Assembly: GCA_030390025.1 (NCBI GenBank)
Contig: CM059433.1
Span: 29,638,001 to 29,702,000 of the forward strand
Direction: 5' to 3'
DNA: 64,000 nucleotides
Origin: Squalus acanthias
Lineage: Eukaryota
Shown: positions 62,301 through 64,000 of the stretch, piece after piece
How positions within the stretch are numbered: position 1 is the stretch's first letter
Layout of the letters: each line of letters opens with the position of its first letter
The notes under the pieces: model-generated
What the model was told of the DNA's origin: nothing
Database searches by the model: none
The model's input: the letters and a program-made list of their open reading frames with translations, nothing else
Program-made: the position numbers and the translations under genes

Positions 62301-62378
62301 ATTTAATCAACTTTGAAAAACTTCGCACTCAAACTTTTTGGACGAACTCGGAACTAAGGATCCAGGGAATCACCCATC

Positions 62379-64000
62379 ATGGAAAACATCCTTAAACCAT
62401 CGCGTCTTGACTTGGACCCAAACACCCCAGCAGCCGGTAAGGTGTGGAAACACTGGTATCGCACGTTTGACAATTTTCTTGAATATTGTAAGGCTGATGA
62501 TGACTCAAAGTTACGGATACTCATCAACTGTGTCACCCCGAATGTATTTCAGTATGTGGAGGAATGGGACAGTTACGAGGAGGCAATTCGGACGCTTAAG
62601 AGACTATATACTAAGACACTGAATGAGGTCTATGCCAGACATCTACTAGCTACAGCCCAACAAGGGTCGGAGGAATCCATTGATAAATTCCTCCAAGAGC
62701 TTCGCAGACTTAGTATGGACTGTAACTTTCAGGCGGCCTCAGCTGAGCTGTACCGTGAAGAAATGATCCGTGATGCTTTCATCTGCGGGCTTGCCTCCCC
62801 ATTTATATGCCAGCGTCTACTGGAAAGTAAGACACTTGAGTTTCAGAGAGCTTATGACATGGCTTGCTCTCTAGATCTGGCAAAAAGAAATACAGACCTT
62901 TATACAGTGCCCAGACCTCGGTCTACTGCCTTAACTACAGTCAGGCAATTTAAGAGGCCACAGGTGAACTCTATTAGGGAGGTCTTTATCCCTGACGATC
63001 AATCTGATGACTTCACTGAGGAAGAGGATGATGACCCCACTGTGGCAGCCTCTTGGCAATCTAAGAAATGCTTCTTCTGTGGTGATGAGTTTCACCCTCG
63101 GAAATTCTGCCCTGCTCGCAATGCGTTTTGCAGTTATTGCAACAAAAAGGGTCATTTTGCAAAGGTTTGCCTATCAAGAGCCTCTACGAGGGCTTATCAA
63201 GCTAAGTCCTACCGAACTGCCCCGGTAAGGGCCTATCAAGATGTTCCGGCTAAAATCTATCGTGCTTCCTCTCGGGTTTCCTCTCGAAGAAACACACCTA
63301 GAGTTTCAGCCACTCTTTGTGCAACGACACCAATTACAGCTGCTTGTCCTCAGAACCTATTCCATGCAGCTACAAAAGCATCAATTAATGGACATACTTT
63401 AGATGCCTTAATTGACTCAGGTAGCACTGATAGTTTCATTAGGGAACAGATTGTTGCAGAGTTAAAGCTACATGTTTTCCCATCGGACCAGGCAATTGCG
63501 ATGGCTCAGTCATCACTTAATACCAGAATTTCTGGCTTTTGTATGGTTGAAATAACACTTAATGGTCACAGGTATCCCTCCACCCGGCTTTCGGTGCTCA
63601 AGGATTTATGTAGTGATCTTATCTTAGGGCTGGATTTTCAAAAGCAGCATAAGAAGCTCACCATTGAGTTCAGCGGATCCAAACCTGAACTCACTATTTC
63701 TAATATACGACCTCGATTACCGTTCTGTGCATTGTCAGCAGCTTCACTGGATGAACCCTCACTGTTTACCAGTATCCCTCCTCGATGCAAACCGATTATA
63801 ACAAAGTCACGACGTTTCAGTCAGGAAGACCAGTCTTTTATTGCGGCTGAGATTTCTCGGCTTTTAGCAGAGGATATCATCGAGCCTTGTTCGTCGCCAT
63901 GGCGCGCCCAGGTCGTTATTGTTAAGAACCCTCTACAACCTCACAAGAAACGGCTGTGCATTGACTATTCACAGACCATCAATCAATATACGGACTTGGA
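62379..64000 (+). CDS. Ty3/Gypsy gag-pol polyprotein (single frame; partial, runs off the window end)
   Basis: Translated by hand from the ATG at 62379 with no stop to the window end: MENILKPSRLDLDPN..., zinc knuckles CFFCGDEFHPRKFC and CSYCNKKGHFAKVC, protease LIDSGS...LILGLDF, RT start SPWRAQVVIV...RLCIDYSQTINQYT. It is absent from the ORF track, probably because it has no stop in the window. Confidence 0.93.
   Translation, partial: MENILKPSRLDLDPNTPAAGKVWKHWYRTFDNFLEYCKADDDSKLRILINCVTPNVFQYVEEWDSYEEAIRTLKRLYTKTLNEVYARHLLATAQQGSEESIDKFLQELRRLSMDCNFQAASAELYREEMIRDAFICGLASPFICQRLLESKTLEFQRAYDMACSLDLAKRNTDLYTVPRPRSTALTTVRQFKRPQVNSIREVFIPDDQSDDFTEEEDDDPTVAASWQSKKCFFCGDEFHPRKFCPARNAFCSYCNKKGHFAKVCLSRASTRAYQAKSYRTAPVRAYQDVPAKIYRASSRVSSRRNTPRVSATLCATTPITAACPQNLFHAATKASINGHTLDALIDSGSTDSFIREQIVAELKLHVFPSDQAIAMAQSSLNTRISGFCMVEITLNGHRYPSTRLSVLKDLCSDLILGLDFQKQHKKLTIEFSGSKPELTISNIRPRLPFCALSAASLDEPSLFTSIPPRCKPIITKSRRFSQEDQSFIAAEISRLLAEDIIEPCSSPWRAQVVIVKNPLQPHKKRLCIDYSQTINQYTDL

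Overview
Repeat-rich vertebrate genomic DNA. The SacSINE1/DeuSINE-like SINEs, esterase-ORF1 CR1 and Penelope families point to a cartilaginous fish (inference). The only host gene I can support is an ASRGL1-type isoaspartyl peptidase/L-asparaginase, seen as two + strand exons (26435-26553, 27810-27920); the rest is probably its intronic or flanking DNA. Highlights: (1) an apparently intact two-gene PIF/Harbinger transposon (3241-7476) with a DDE transposase, a 3-exon Myb/SANT partner, 12-bp TIRs and a TAT TSD, plus non-autonomous, nested and decayed relatives; (2) Penelope-like elements and short fold-back derivatives carrying minimal hammerhead ribozymes, whose insertion boundaries coincide with the ribozyme; (3) an uninterrupted Ty3/Gypsy gag-pol running off the window end, with no canonical tRNA PBS but an 11-nt PBS-position segment complementary to its own LTR; (4) a ~5.9-kb G-rich 20/21-bp satellite with higher-order duplication and an 18-bp minisatellite; (5) CR1, L2-like LINEs, SINEs and hAT MITEs. 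All calls were made by eye from the sequence; no database searches were run.
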